Origin: Hormiphora californensis
Taxonomy: Eukaryota > Animalia > Ctenophora
DNA length: 64,000 nt
Reading direction: 5' to 3'
Assembly: GCA_020137815.1 (NCBI GenBank)
Contig: CM035360.1
Coordinates: forward strand, 3,472,001 to 3,536,000
The position numbers were made by a program, and so were the translations under genes. Shown piece by piece: positions 1 to 11,958 of this stretch (positions are counted from its first letter, which is position 1; each line of letters opens with the position of its first letter). The notes beneath the pieces are model-generated. The model saw nothing but the letters and a program-made list of their open reading frames with translations. It ran no database searches and was not told the origin of the DNA.

Positions 1-2430
1 CCTCACATTGTTAACCTGACGTTCAAGGCCAAGATTGTGATCCAAAAGAATTCCTAGGGTTTTACCATCTGTTCCACTACATTCACTAGGAGAGATTTCC
101 GTTCCTCCAAAGTTGATAACTGGATCAAAAGAGACTTTGCTTAGAGAACTGCGCTTTCCAAGCAGGATGAATTCCGTTTTTGCCTCATTACACTTCAACC
201 ACTGCCCCACCATCCACTTCTTCACTTTCGCTAGACACTCCTCAATATCCACCTTTGCCTCAGACCAGCCAGCAGCATCCGTAGGAACCAGACTCACGTA
301 GAGCTGGGAATCATCTGCATATAACTTAATCCGGAGTCCATATGGCTCCACAATATCTTGTACAGCCTCAATGTAGAGTAGGAACAAAATAGGACCAAGG
401 AGGGACCCTTGAGGGACTCCACAAAGTAAGGCAAGGGTTTCCGAAAGACAATCACCAACCGAAACTCTAAAAGATCTGGAACTCAAATAGCTTTTAAACC
501 ATCGGAGAGGTTCACCATCCACTCCAAACCGTTTCCGCAACACCTCCAACAGCTTTCCATGGTCAACCGTATCAAAAGCAGCGCTCATGTCTAGACAGAT
601 AAGAGCTACTACGTTTCCTTTATCCATTTCCCCTAGAATATCATCGAACATGCTTGCCAATAGCGTTTCACAACTATGACCAACACGATAACCAGACTGA
701 TGTTTGCCCAAAAGAGAGTTGCGATCCAGGTAATCATTCAGCTGCGTGAGAACAACCTTCTCAAGAAGCTTAGAAAGAAATGGGATGTTCGAAACAGGAC
801 GATAGTTGCTGAGAGCTTCTCGATCTCCATACATATTCTTGATGGTAGGAAAAACAAGCGCCTCCTGGAGAGATTCTGCGACCGAAGACTGATGTAGAGA
901 CTGATTGACTATTGATGTTAATCCAGGGGCCAGATCACCTATACAGTCCTTTACCACCCAAGTGGGTAACGGATCAAGGTCACAATGCTTGCTGGACATA
1001 GACTTCACCAATGAAACAAGTTCCTCCTCAGATATCTCTTTGAATTCCTTCCATGTTGTATGACAGGTTTTTCCAGATTCCACAAAATCGCCAGCTTGCT
1101 GCTGCTCCTCATTGACTTGGGTTCGAATTTTGGCCACCTTTGAACTAAAGAACTTTGAAAAGTCATCCGCCAAGTTCTTGTTGTTGGTAGTCTCAGGAAG
1201 AATCGTTTCCGCTTTTCCCAGGAGTTTCTGTAACTTTCTTTGTAGCTTCTTCGGGTCCCCTTTTGCTGCATCTAGGTCCTCTTTGACAAAAGCTGATCTC
1301 TTTTCCTTGTCCATGTTCCCATAAAGCTTCTTCAGATCATTAAATCTCCGTTTCGCCTCCTCAGTTCCATGCTTCCTCCAGTACCGTTCCGCACTCCTCC
1401 TCTCACGTAGTATTCCTCTTAGTTCCTCATCCCTCCACGGTTTAAACTTTTTCCCTGTCCTCACTCGTTTCCTCGGTACCCGCCTTTCCACTATACTCTC
1501 CAGCCAACGATAGAAGTTCACAATACTCTCCTCTGGATCCCGGCCTAGTTCAAATTCCGCTTTCTGGAGGTCCTCTTTGAATCCTTCCATGTCCATTGAC
1601 TTGTAGTCCATGTATTCTCGAAACATTGATTTCCGCATACAAGAGTTTGACAGGTCCTGTCTCACTTGAAGCCCAAACTGCACCAGAAAGTGATCCGAGG
1701 TAGTACCATTAGGACATATTGTTATGTCTCCTAGGTTAGTTTCCTTTGTGGTTATTACCAGGTCCAAGGTTCCACCAAGTTGGTGAGTAGGTAACAGTGG
1801 TACTCTTTGCTGAAGGTCAAATGAATCCAGAAGCTCCAATAGTTTCCTCGAGTAGAAGTTGTTCTTATCTTGCACCTGGAAGTTAAGATCCCCAGCTATA
1901 ATTGGAGTGCCTTGTTTCATAGCTAGTTCAGAAAGATAGTCCCCAAACTCAGATAGAAATGTTGCCTCTGTGAGTCTTGACTTCGTTGTGTATGGTGGAC
2001 GATAAACATTACAGAGTCTCTTTGGTTGATCTCTGTCACTGATAAGAACCTCTTGCACTTGAAAAGACTTAAACTTTGTCTTCACCGGACACTGTCGAAG
2101 AACTATACCGTCCCGAAAAAGAATTCCTATTCCTCCACCTCCTCTGTCTCCTCTGGGGCATGATAAAATATCCCATCCATTATCCCTGATCTCCTGGAGT
2201 TTCCCAGTATCCGTAGACTTCAAAAAGGTTTCCTGTACGAGACAAATATCACAATCCTCTTCTTCCAGATGCGAAATAACACCTCCAGTTTTGTTTACAA
2301 GAGAACGAACATTTAATGTCCCAATCTTCCAAGTCTTTTCCTGAGCAGTTCCTCTTTGGTCCTCGTCCAGTACATGTTTTTTTCCTCTTTGCTCACACCT
2401 GAAGTCCTCTCCATTAGCCGTGCTCGCTCG
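1..2430 (-). CDS. LINE ORF2, APE endonuclease + reverse transcriptase (partial, open to window edge)
   Basis: Hand translation of the frame from 2430 to <1 shows no stop. Motifs: TLNVRSL, CLVQET, NVYRPP, AGDLNF, LDLV, SDH, NYRPVSN, LDMSAAFDTVDH, GVPQGSLLGP, YADDSQLY. First in-frame ATG only at 1920. Absent from the ORF track, probably because no stop lies in the window. Confidence 0.93.
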
Positions 2431-3551
2431 TTAATGTACGAAGGGCACCACATACTTGAAGCCGTGTGGGTCCTCGCATACTTCTTGTCCTCTCTTGATC
2501 CTCCAACTTCACAATTCACACACTTCATCTTGCCTGTTTCATTGCTCTTCTTCGCTCTGCAATCCTTTGTCTGATGTGTGCCAGCACAAAAGCAGCACAC
2601 AGGATCATCCTTCTGAGGGCAATATACAGAGCCCGCCATGTGACCGAATCCTTGGCAGTGATAACATTGGATCACATGATACCTGTTTTTGACAAAATGT
2701 TGCCGAAGACCTAAATTAAGCCTATCACCACTGCTAGCCAAAAGCCGCCGGATCTCTGGAGCCATCTGGATCACTGCATACCTATCCTTCTTGTTTACGA
2801 ACACCACTTTGAAGGTCTTGTCCTCATGATATAGCTTTCTGATATCCTCGTTTTTGTCCAAAATCGCCGCTAGAATAGCTTCTTTTTCAAGTAGTTCGGG
2901 GCCCAAGTCATTTATCGTCACCTTTGGTTCAAGCTTCTTGGTTTCCTCTGAGAAAAATGACACTGAACAATCCTGTGCAAGAGGAGTCAAAACTTTCTCC
3001 GCTTCCTTCATCTGATCCTCATTAGGGAAGTACAGCCGGGTATGGTCACTGTTCACTCTGGATCTCACCACCGGAATAGTCTTCAAGGCACTTTCCACCT
3101 TTGGTTTGACCACATTCTTCCACTTATCAGCACAGAACGCTGACTCTCCTTCTCCGCTGTTCCCAGTGGTAATGTTCACATAGTGTTTCATCGTAGGTGT
3201 CACCGGTTCCTCAGGCTCACCTGCACCACTACCAACATCATCCTTCCCTTTCTCCACAGGTTTCACTAGTGCAGAGATGGTTGTGACCAGATCTTTGTGT
3301 AACTTTGCAAACGATTCTCTCAGATCAGTTTGGTCTCCAGGAACAGAAAACGGTGCCGTCGCCGGAAGCATTTTGTAGCAGACTTTGAGAAGATCCCACA
3401 ACTGAGGTTTATGGACAGACGACGGACAAACAGCGTCACCTCTCTCTAGACACACTAAAAATTCACTACCCTTATAATTATTGAATACATCACCTGCCAA
3501 CACATCTTCAAATTCACTCTTAGTGATACAACTGTCATACGATTTAGTCAT
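2313..3551 (-). CDS. LINE ORF1, gag-like nucleic-acid-binding protein with CCHC zinc knuckles
   Basis: 412 aa; C-terminal CYHCQGFGH..C, CCFCAGTH..C and CVNC..H..C knuckles directly upstream of APE-RT. Confidence 0.88.
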   Translation of the reverse strand: MTKSYDSCITKSEFEDVLAGDVFNNYKGSEFLVCLERGDAVCPSSVHKPQLWDLLKVCYKMLPATAPFSVPGDQTDLRESFAKLHKDLVTTISALVKPVEKGKDDVGSGAGEPEEPVTPTMKHYVNITTGNSGEGESAFCADKWKNVVKPKVESALKTIPVVRSRVNSDHTRLYFPNEDQMKEAEKVLTPLAQDCSVSFFSEETKKLEPKVTINDLGPELLEKEAILAAILDKNEDIRKLYHEDKTFKVVFVNKKDRYAVIQMAPEIRRLLASSGDRLNLGLRQHFVKNRYHVIQCYHCQGFGHMAGSVYCPQKDDPVCCFCAGTHQTKDCRAKKSNETGKMKCVNCEVGGSREDKKYARTHTASSMWCPSYINERARLMERTSGVSKEEKNMYWTRTKEELLRKRLGRLGH

Positions 3552-3691
3552 CCTAAAACACCCGTTGCACGCCGGCCAACAACAAACTCTTCACTAATAT
3601 CACTCGTAAGTTAAGTTAAAGTAGGCCCAACAGAGATCTAAAAGATTAGAGAATAGATGCTAACACAGTTATCGGATCGATTGACGGCAAA

Positions 3692-3733
3692 CTCAAATTA
3701 ATTTGTTTAAAGTAGTGTTGAAAAGTTTGAAAC
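3692..3733 (-). other. Retrocopied spliced-leader (SL) exon at LINE 5' end
   Basis: Minus strand GTTTCAAACTTTTCAACACTACTTTAAACAAATTAATTTGAG, identical to 27667-27708. Matches the Pleurobrachia/Hormiphora SL as recalled. Followed by TT, not a GT donor. Confidence 0.88.
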
Positions 3734-4233
3734 AAAACTAAACAATTATCAAACAAATAGTTCTAGATGTCAAACATCCATGGCTCTAGAGTCTACCCTC
3801 GCTTTGGAGCTTGGAAAGAAAGTCTCAAGTCACCAAATTAGTACCCCAAATCTAATTGAAACATGAGACAATACTCACAACAGCTGTTGGCAAGCACTAC
3901 AGTTCCCAGCTCAGGTACTTGTTGACAGTGCATGCCAACTGCAAAGCGTGAGTTGGCAAACGATGATGGCCCCCAATAGCGCGGGATAGGGCAACGCTTT
4001 TGACTTTTCAAAAGCGTGAGCGGTGACCCGTGACGCAAGCGCTGAACTGACTCGCTTCACGTAACGACGCGAGCGCGAAGGGCTGCGCGGCGTTTTTTAA
4101 AATCTGGGTGCCTTGTCACGCGCAAATCCAGAATTAGCGCCGCGCAGTCCCGCGCGCCAAATTTTGATAAATAAAAAATGAAATTCGAATCCTTTTTTCA
4201 AAAGTTCCCAAGCAAAAAAGAGGTGTCCCGATA

Positions 4234-4615
4234 AGGAACCATAATAAAGTTCAAGAGCGCACCCCATCCAAGAGCGCACCACCTCCAAAAGACACCACTT
4301 CAAGAGCGCACCACATCAAAGAGAGCTCCCCATCCAGAAGATACCGCGCGCAGGGGACACCACGCGCAGAAGAGACCGCACGCGCAAATACAACGCCGCG
4401 CTGGTCTCTTCTGCGCGTGGTGTCCCCTGCGCGTGGTATCTTCTGGATGGGGAGCTCTCTTTGATGTGGTGCGCTCTTGAAGTGGTGTCTTCTGGAGGTG
4501 GTGCGCTCTTGGATGTGGTCTCTTTTGGGTGTGGTACGCTCTCAGGTGTGGTCTCTCTTCGATCGGGTGTGCTCTTGGGTGCTCTTGGAGGCTCTTGAAC
4601 TTTATTATGGTTCCT
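4234..4615. mobile_element. Foldback MITE with internal subrepeats, TA target-site duplication
   Basis: Termini AGGAACCATAATAAAGTTCAAGAGC / GCTCTTGAACTTTATTATGGTTCCT flanked by TA; long inverted arms built of CAAGAGCGCACCAC-type units. Confidence 0.8.
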
Positions 4616-4692
4616 TATTCTTGAAAAGGTCGGAAAACGTTAAAATCTGGGTGCCTTTCATTCAGTAATTGATTCGTAGTTTTAGCGCGCGA

Positions 4693-4752
4693 CGGGTTAG
4701 GGCTATCCGTTAGGGCCTGGTTAGGGTTTGGTTTGGGGTTATCGGTTAGGGC
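4693..4752 (+). repeat. Degenerate TTAGGG-like tract
   Basis: gggttagggc..gttagggcc..ggttagggtttggtttggggtt..ggttagggc. Confidence 0.5.
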
Positions 4753-5189
4753 TATCGAGAAGGGTCCTCGGCCGCTCTTGGTTTCTTTTGAAAGACGATC
4801 AACACTGATGGCGCTGCAGGCTGCTGAAAAAGTCGCGACAGCTGAAGAACTCGGGACAGTTCGCAGCTGTTTACTTGTCACCAGATCTAACACCTGATCC
4901 AAATTAAGCAGCGAAAAGACCTGATAAATACCTAGAAAAGGCTCCGCTTAGAGGACCCGGGCGGGAAATACTGCATCAAAAACAATATCATCCAAGTAGG
5001 ATAGCGCTATTTAAATGCCCCCTACATGAATTATGACTACATAATCTTGTTGAAAAGCTAGCCGCTTTTAGGAGCGAGGGCTGTTGAGGATGAAAGAGGA
5101 TGTGATGATGAATCTAACTCCCAGCAGCAGAACTTGTGCACTGCTGCACCGTAAATGCGGACAGTTAAAAAGCGGACTATAAATTTATA

Positions 5190-6270
5190 TTTTGTGTACA
5201 GGAAAGACAGGAAAAACACTTGGGGTTTACTTGGACATGAATCTTTCTATGGAGAGACAGGTAAACAGTGTGAAGAGGCAGTGTGGAATGCTCTTGAAGA
5301 ACCTGTGGCAGGTGAATCGCAGCCTGGATATTCCTACTAAAATCCTCCTGGTCAAGCAACTGATTGTTTCTCGGCTTGACTATTGCAACATCTTATACGC
5401 TGGATTGCCAAAGAAGCTTCTTGAAAGCCTTCAGAGGACATTGAACTCGTGTGTGAGGTTCATCTATAACCTTCATGGACACCAAGATGACTATTCTCAG
5501 TATCTTAAGGACACCCATATCCTTCCTATGGAGCAGCGTGTGGAGTTCAAGGCATGTTTGATGGCGTTTAAAATTGTTCATAACCTAGCCCCGGATTATC
5601 TCTGTGACCAAGTACCAGTTGAAGACTTGGAGGCTGTTCGAACCACTCGTGGAACTGCAACGCCTGATCACTACAAGCTTAAGTACCCTAAGCTTTCTAG
5701 TATTAATGCCAACTCCAAGTTGAGAAGGAGGAGACCGTCTGTTTTCCTACCTGAAGTGTGGAATGAGCTCCCCCTGGAGCTTCGATCAGTTGAGTCAGTG
5801 GATCTGTTCAAGTCGAGGTTGAAGACAAGATTGTTTGTGGAAGCATTCGGAGCCAACTGGGGATGAGGTTCCTTGTTTCTCCTGCTTTCATCAGGTATTT
5901 CGCCTAGCTTGTATTTATTTTCTTTTGGTACTGTTTTACCGCTCATGGTAAGGTTTTTATTGGCGTTTTACAGCATTTTTTTTCGAGTGAAGCACGAGTG
6001 GAAGTTATATTTACAGACATTTTCTACCATCTAATGTGGACGTTTTTCAATCTATATCAGTCTGTTATCTCATCTGGACAGTTATGTGAGCCGAGAGTGT
6101 TTAATTCAGTTTAATTCAGTGTTTTGGGCCTACCATTTTTTGATATACGTCTTTAAGTAACCGCTCAGATCGCCTCTCAGTGTCAGTGTCAGTTCTACTA
6201 CCCTGGCCCTGTGAGGTAAGGGCGGCATATAAATAGACATATTATTATTATTATTATTATTGTATTGTAT
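5190..6270 (+). mobile_element. 5'-truncated L2-like LINE (ORF2 C-terminus + 3' UTR + (TAT)n tail)
   Basis: ORF 5192-5866 with KTLGVYLD, SRLDYCN..YAGLP, WNELP..LR, FKSRLKT; ends in tattattattat at ~6240-6262. Homologous to, but distinct from, the element at 1-3733 (GKTLGILLDHNLGLERQVN vs GKTLGVYLDMNLSMERQVN). Confidence 0.88.
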
Positions 6271-7612
6271 TCTCTATCAGTTACCGTTAAGTTTACTCAA
6301 ATTGGCCATGTGGTTGCGTGGCTATAGCCGGTTGAAAAAAGTTGGTCTAAGTGTACTCTTTTGGTAGCCCGCACCTGTAAACAGGCCGCAAGGCACCCAG
6401 ATTATAATCGCGCCCGAAAAGGTCTCTGCTCTGCACCAACCCACACCCAAAGGGGTCTTTAGCACATGGGTAGCACAGAGAGGTGGCTTATGTTTCTATT
6501 CGTCAAAACCGCATCAATGGCCAAGGTTGCTGGTTAAGGGTTGTTGGTGATTGTAAAGATGGAGCTCATGGGAGGTCTTGCCAGTTGACTCTTGTCTTGA
6601 AATCTTATCTTGTAGTACAGAAGGACTACACAGGTTGGGGAGAAGGGCTACTGAAGGGGAGAGCTGCAGTAGTGCACTGTGGTTACTAGTCAATGGGTAG
6701 ATTCAGATTAAGTAATAATGTGGTGTTGCAAAAGTGGGTTATTAGTTCCCGTAACGGGGACAGTTCTTTCTCTCTTTCTCTGCAGTAGACGTCTCAGTAC
6801 ATGAATCACGTTGTCAGAGATAAAAACGTCTTTTGAGAGAAGGAAAACACAAACTACCCGGAGAGGTATTCTTTACTATCTACAATAATATTGTCCATTT
6901 TTTTCTGTCCCCTCTCCCTTTAAACGGTGAGATAGGACCGGTGATATAGCAAAAGCGTGAAGTGAGTGGTTTATGTAGGTGGAAGGTATGATACATATTA
7001 CACTTTATTGAGTAAGTCCCACTCCCCTGACTCAACATATTGCGCCGGGATTCAGCTCAGTTACCCAATATGTGACCCATGAAAAACGATATTGGCCTAC
7101 AAATGTCCACTAGACATGATCCAGCGAGGATTAAGCTATGTAGGTCCAATTAAAACCAGAAAGACCCATTGAGACCGACAGAGGTCTGGAACGGTCCATG
7201 AAGGCCACCCCAATTTGATACTGACCGTTCATTGCTCAATGTTCGACATTGTGTCCCAAGTCCAAGCTTTGATATCAACACTCGAGTGTTGGTAAAAAGT
7301 CCGTTATGTCTAGTCGAGTCCGCGAGTCAGTTTTACGAAAAATTGTTTTAATCTTCTTTTAATTCTTCAATCTCTGGCAAATATTGTTGGACACTGTGTC
7401 AGCTGCATCTAAAAGTTGTTGCACTCCCTCACTCTTATTACGCTACTTATTATAGCGAACTAATCCACGTGGCCACCTTCTGCCTGTTTATTTGAACTGA
7501 TGTCGCTATATTTAGAAGGAGGAACGTTATAGAGCTGATGAGAAGCAGCGAAGACGTTCTCTCTCAAGAGTCCCTGTTAGAGAGAAAGATAGTGCGAAAA
7601 GAAGGAGAGGTA

Positions 7613-7738
<126 letters not shown>

Positions 7739-8287
7739 GGGTTTTAGACTTAATTTCCGGGTTGCACGCTAATAACGACCTGTTATAACTAGACTCTTCG
7801 TTCTAGCAGAAAGATAGAGGGAGCGAGATAAGGATAGAGTAACTGTAAGGCAGTAAAGATTAGAAGAGAGCAAAAAGATAGATAGATATAGAGTTAAGAC
7901 CAATTCCAGTCCTCTCGATCTCTCTCTTTCTCTCTTTCTCTCTGCCATAGCTTCGTTTTATGATGTGCTTTATCTGCTTATCGTGTGAAAAAGTCTTTGA
8001 CCCAGCATAGACATTTGGCCATTTCGCTGTGGGAACATGTCTACCACTTATATATTTTGCTCTTCGCATATTTGATCATTGGATCACTTTTCATTTTGGA
8101 CCACTTCCTGTTACAGTTAGTTTGTATCATAAATCTCTATTTGTAAACTTGCTTTTTTATCTTGCAGATTCTGAATGATACTAACCCTAACTAAATACTA
8201 GCAATATTTTCATTGTTCATGCTCTTTTTTAGTTTGTTCTCAGTTTACGTTTGAACAAGTCAATAATTAACTACAAACTATCTTAGC

Positions 8288-11200
8288 ATGACGACTGTAG
8301 GATTTATAGGAGCGGGTAAGGTAACCCAGGCTCTAATGAAAGGTCTTCTATCCTCTGGAGCCGTCACCCCCTCCAGAATATACGCCAGTTCCAAGACTGA
8401 AGTGTCCCTTCAAAAACTCAAGGTATATTTCAACATAGATATGCTTTTGACGAGATCCCCACAGCAAACGCTGCCTAGCACAGTCTTAGTGGGGGATATT
8501 CGTAACATGTCAAAGATACCAAGAGATCGAATTGCTCACTTACTCTTACACACTGTTACAGCTCATAATATGTAGATTACATTTTCACCTGCTATAGATT
8601 CCTTGTTGAAAAGCTTTTCTACCTCATTCTGTCATCAGGTGTTTGGTGTCAATACCTGTCTGGACAACCTGTGGACAGTTAAAAACAGCAACATAACCGT
8701 GCTCGCTGTAAAACCCATCTCCTTCCCAAAGATTCTCTCTGAGATCGCCCCAGCAGTTGGCCCTAATAACGTGATTGTGTCAGTGGCAGCCGGTGTTACC
8801 ATTGACTCCATTCAGAATGTAAGAATATCAAGAAACAGAATTTTAGCTTGGCAGTTCAAAACTTTGAAAATTTGTTTCTCAAAGAAATGAAATAGTTTTC
8901 TTGTTCTACCAATAATTTGTTTCAGAGATTGCCCCACCACGCCAAGGTTGTGAGAGCTATGTTGAATACAGCTGTTCAGATTAGGGATGGGGCCATCTGT
9001 TACTCAACAGGTAAAATGTTGTATTTTATTTACTATCCGGGACTCGGGAGCCCTCCCCCTCTCAGTCCGGAAGCCCTAACCCCGCCCCTCAGTCCCTGCT
9101 CTTAACGGGTACATTAAGTTTAAGTTGTTTTTACTTTCCAGGACTCGGGAGCCCTAACATTCTATCAATCCCCCTTTTAGTCTGGAAGACCTATCACCCT
9201 CCCAGTCCGTGAGCCCTAACCTCTCTCGCAGTCCATGCTCTTATCCAATGAGTATGAATGGTATATCATTTAGGGGCCAAAAGTTTGTGTTATTTTGGAC
9301 TAAAAGGGTTGCAGGCACAACATATATATAATGCATAATTTAATGCATCATGATTAGTTTTAAATTAATCATAAATTTTTGTAGATAACAAATTCCCCTT
9401 TCTCCACCCATAAACATAGATTGCTGAGACTGATATATTTAGTGTGTGACGTGTTCTCATTATTATAGGAACATGATACTGCAATCATGCCCTCACATAA
9501 TAACTATATCTAATCTTCTGAGTCGAGGATACTCTAGCCCCTCTGGCCTCTATCCTCCATTTTAGCTAGGAATAATGGGTTGGGAAAATGATGGAATTGT
9601 GCGTTATCGATCTTGAGAAATAGGGAAAGACAGTCACATCAGGTCATGAATTATGATAACATACATTCAGTGCAGCAGTAGTTGCCCGCTGGCTCAGCTG
9701 TCATGGAACTTCCTACATTGACTATTCTTAACTCTCTTTATCTCTCTGTCCTTCTCTCCCTCCCATCTTTCTCACCCAAGAGTCAAGTGTGGTTTATGTC
9801 AAAGTAAATGTTTATTTAGTCCACGGAAAATGCACAAATGCATCCACCGAACTGTGCCCTAACATACACCTGGCCAAATATACACCTGGCCAAATTCTTC
9901 AATACCGTCAGTGAGAATGTTTGGGGACCGTTATATTCCCAATGTGAAGGCTATTTTCAAATTTTAAGGTTTTGCTTCCAAATTGTAATGGGTTTGCCTG
10001 TAGATGATGACCCTTGGATACTTTATCCCACTCCCATAACACTTTCCCGCACGACACCTTGACCCTCACAGAACCTGTCAAATGACACCCCTCCCCCCAA
10101 TCCAGGAAAGATACTTTACACCCGCCCTCTCTCCACACCAGGAAAGAATATAGCTGACGCTGACCAGGAGTTGGTACACAGATTCTTCTCCTCTGTCGGA
10201 CTCACCCTTGAAGGAGAGGAGAAGCACCTGGATGCCGTGGTCGGTCTGAGTGGAAGTGCACCTGCTTACGTGAGTACAAATCTTTTCACGGACACAGTGT
10301 CACTTGTCAGGCGACTCAAAGTTATATCTGATTTATCGAGATCTGCAGAATTCAAGACCATTATTCGATTGGTGATCAGCGTTGATCACCAAGCGGTTAA
10401 CTTCTGATGTCATATTTTATGCTGTAAATTAACATTATGATTATGTAGAGTGGCCTCTGTTTGCAACTCTCAATTTATCTCTCTAAGCTGTCCCATTATG
10501 TTTTTACTCGTTGCAACAATAATAGTCTTCTACACGCATGCTGCGTAGAAACAGACAAGTCAATGAAGTTCCAAATGAAGTTGATGTACACTTAATTGGT
10601 TGGTGTATACTTAATTGTTTACTAATTAAACATACACATTCTGCATTCGTTCCAAAGTCTAAACACTCACACACAGCATGTGGAATTATTCACCCTTAGG
10701 GCGAATCATGGTAATTTACACTTTCTCTCTACACGGGGACACGGCGTTTCCAAAAACCCAAACATGCAGCCCCATGAATTATTAGAAGTGATCCCCCTGA
10801 CCCCTCCCATAAATATATCAAGTCATTCTAAGTGCTAACGCCCTGCTCCTCTCAGTTTTACCTGATCTTGGAGGCGCTGAGTGATGCTGGAGTGAGACAT
10901 GGATTATCGAGAGATGTGGCAACCAGACATGCAAGTCAGGCAATGTTGGTAAGTTATTGTTTCGTTTCGTCTTGACGTCTTATCTCTCAAGCTTATTATC
11001 GGTTTAACAAAAAAGATATATGTTATCACTTATCTCTTTCATTTCTACTCTTTCCTTTTCCATTTCTCTCTCTCCCTATATGTGTTTGTCCCTGCTCTCA
11101 CCCTGCTCTCTCTCTATCTGTGTGTAGGGTGCTGCAAGGATGGTGGTAGGAATCCCACGTCAGGGCAGTAAATCCCAACCCCCAGAAGTTGGGTGCCCTT

Positions 11201-11958
11201 ATAAAGTAGGTGGCTCTTGATGCTGTAATAGTTGGTCAGCAACATTTCTCTTATCTAGCCACACAAAATTCTAACCGGACAGAGATACCGTGGGCCTAGA
11301 TACAGGGATACACCAGAGCCGTGCTGAAATGTCTGTGTGCTAGATATGTGAGCTAGAGAGCAGGTACAAACACACAAACCATGGGAGAGAGAGAGGGACA
11401 GACAGACAATCATTGACATTCTCTCATTAGGGGGCAGCGAGGATGGTGCTAGAATCAGGGAGACATCCGGGAGAGGTAAGGAAGACAAATTGTATCACTG
11501 ACATCATATGTTCCCAGTCTCTTGGTTCTCACACGAGAAAGACAGACTGCGTAGCATGGCAACAATTTTCATTCACTGATTTTTTTAAAACCATAGACTC
11601 AACTGACATCATACATCTACTAATGATCCATCGACAAATCAGTTACATATAATGTGCACGTTGATATTGTTTACGTCATACATAGAGATTCAAACACTAT
11701 ATTCTAGGGGGCTAAATGTTGCCGCTACATGCTGTAAATATGCGATCCTATATCACTTTATGATATCCCGTGCATCACAAAGTGAGTGTGTAACCCCTCC
11801 CTCTATCTCTGCAGCTAAAAGACGAGGTCTGCTCCCCGGGGGGTGTCACTATCAACGCGATATACTCAATGGAGAAGGCTGGAGTGAGGGCTGCTATGAT
11901 GGACGCCGTGGATAGTTGTATCAAACGAAATTATGAACTAGCAAGGCTGAACGAATAG
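8288..11958 (+). CDS. PYCR: Pyrroline-5-carboxylate reductase (7 exons, 269 aa)
   Basis: GT-AG exons 8288-8422, 8639-8818, 8926-9010, 10142-10269, 10856-10948, 11431-11475, 11815-11958 join in frame (810 nt). Motifs GFIGAGK, LAVKP, VSVAAGVT, VVRAM.N, GLSGSAPAY, GRHPGELKDEVCSPGG. Confidence 0.95.

Larger units (their letters stand above)
1..3733 (-). mobile_element. Non-LTR retrotransposon (L2/CR1 group, L2-like), 5'-complete, 3' end beyond window
   Basis: Gag-like ORF1 followed by an APE-RT ORF2 with no stops down to position 1; the 5' end coincides with a spliced-leader sequence at 3692-3733. Confidence 0.93.

Noticed and set aside
2305-2315. TAAATG stop-start coupling for ORF2 of the first LINE
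   Set aside because: That ATG is in the ORF1 frame and closes after 5 codons; ORF2 is in the -1 frame.
3552-3593. Cys-rich in-frame extension upstream of ORF1 (RVCCWPACNGCFR)
   Set aside because: Bounded by TGA with no start codon; cannot distinguish a mutated N-terminus from chance.
3692-3733. SL RNA gene interpretation (also 27667-27709)
   Set aside because: SL is followed by TT or GC and LINE leader rather than a GT donor with a shared intron/Sm site; the flanks of the two copies are unrelated.
4693-4752. True telomere or chromosome fusion site
   Set aside because: Too short and degenerate; embedded among transposon fragments.
6786-6866. Exon-like segment (ctgcag|...gag|gtatt)
   Set aside because: Stops in all three frames; could be a non-coding exon but cannot be assigned.
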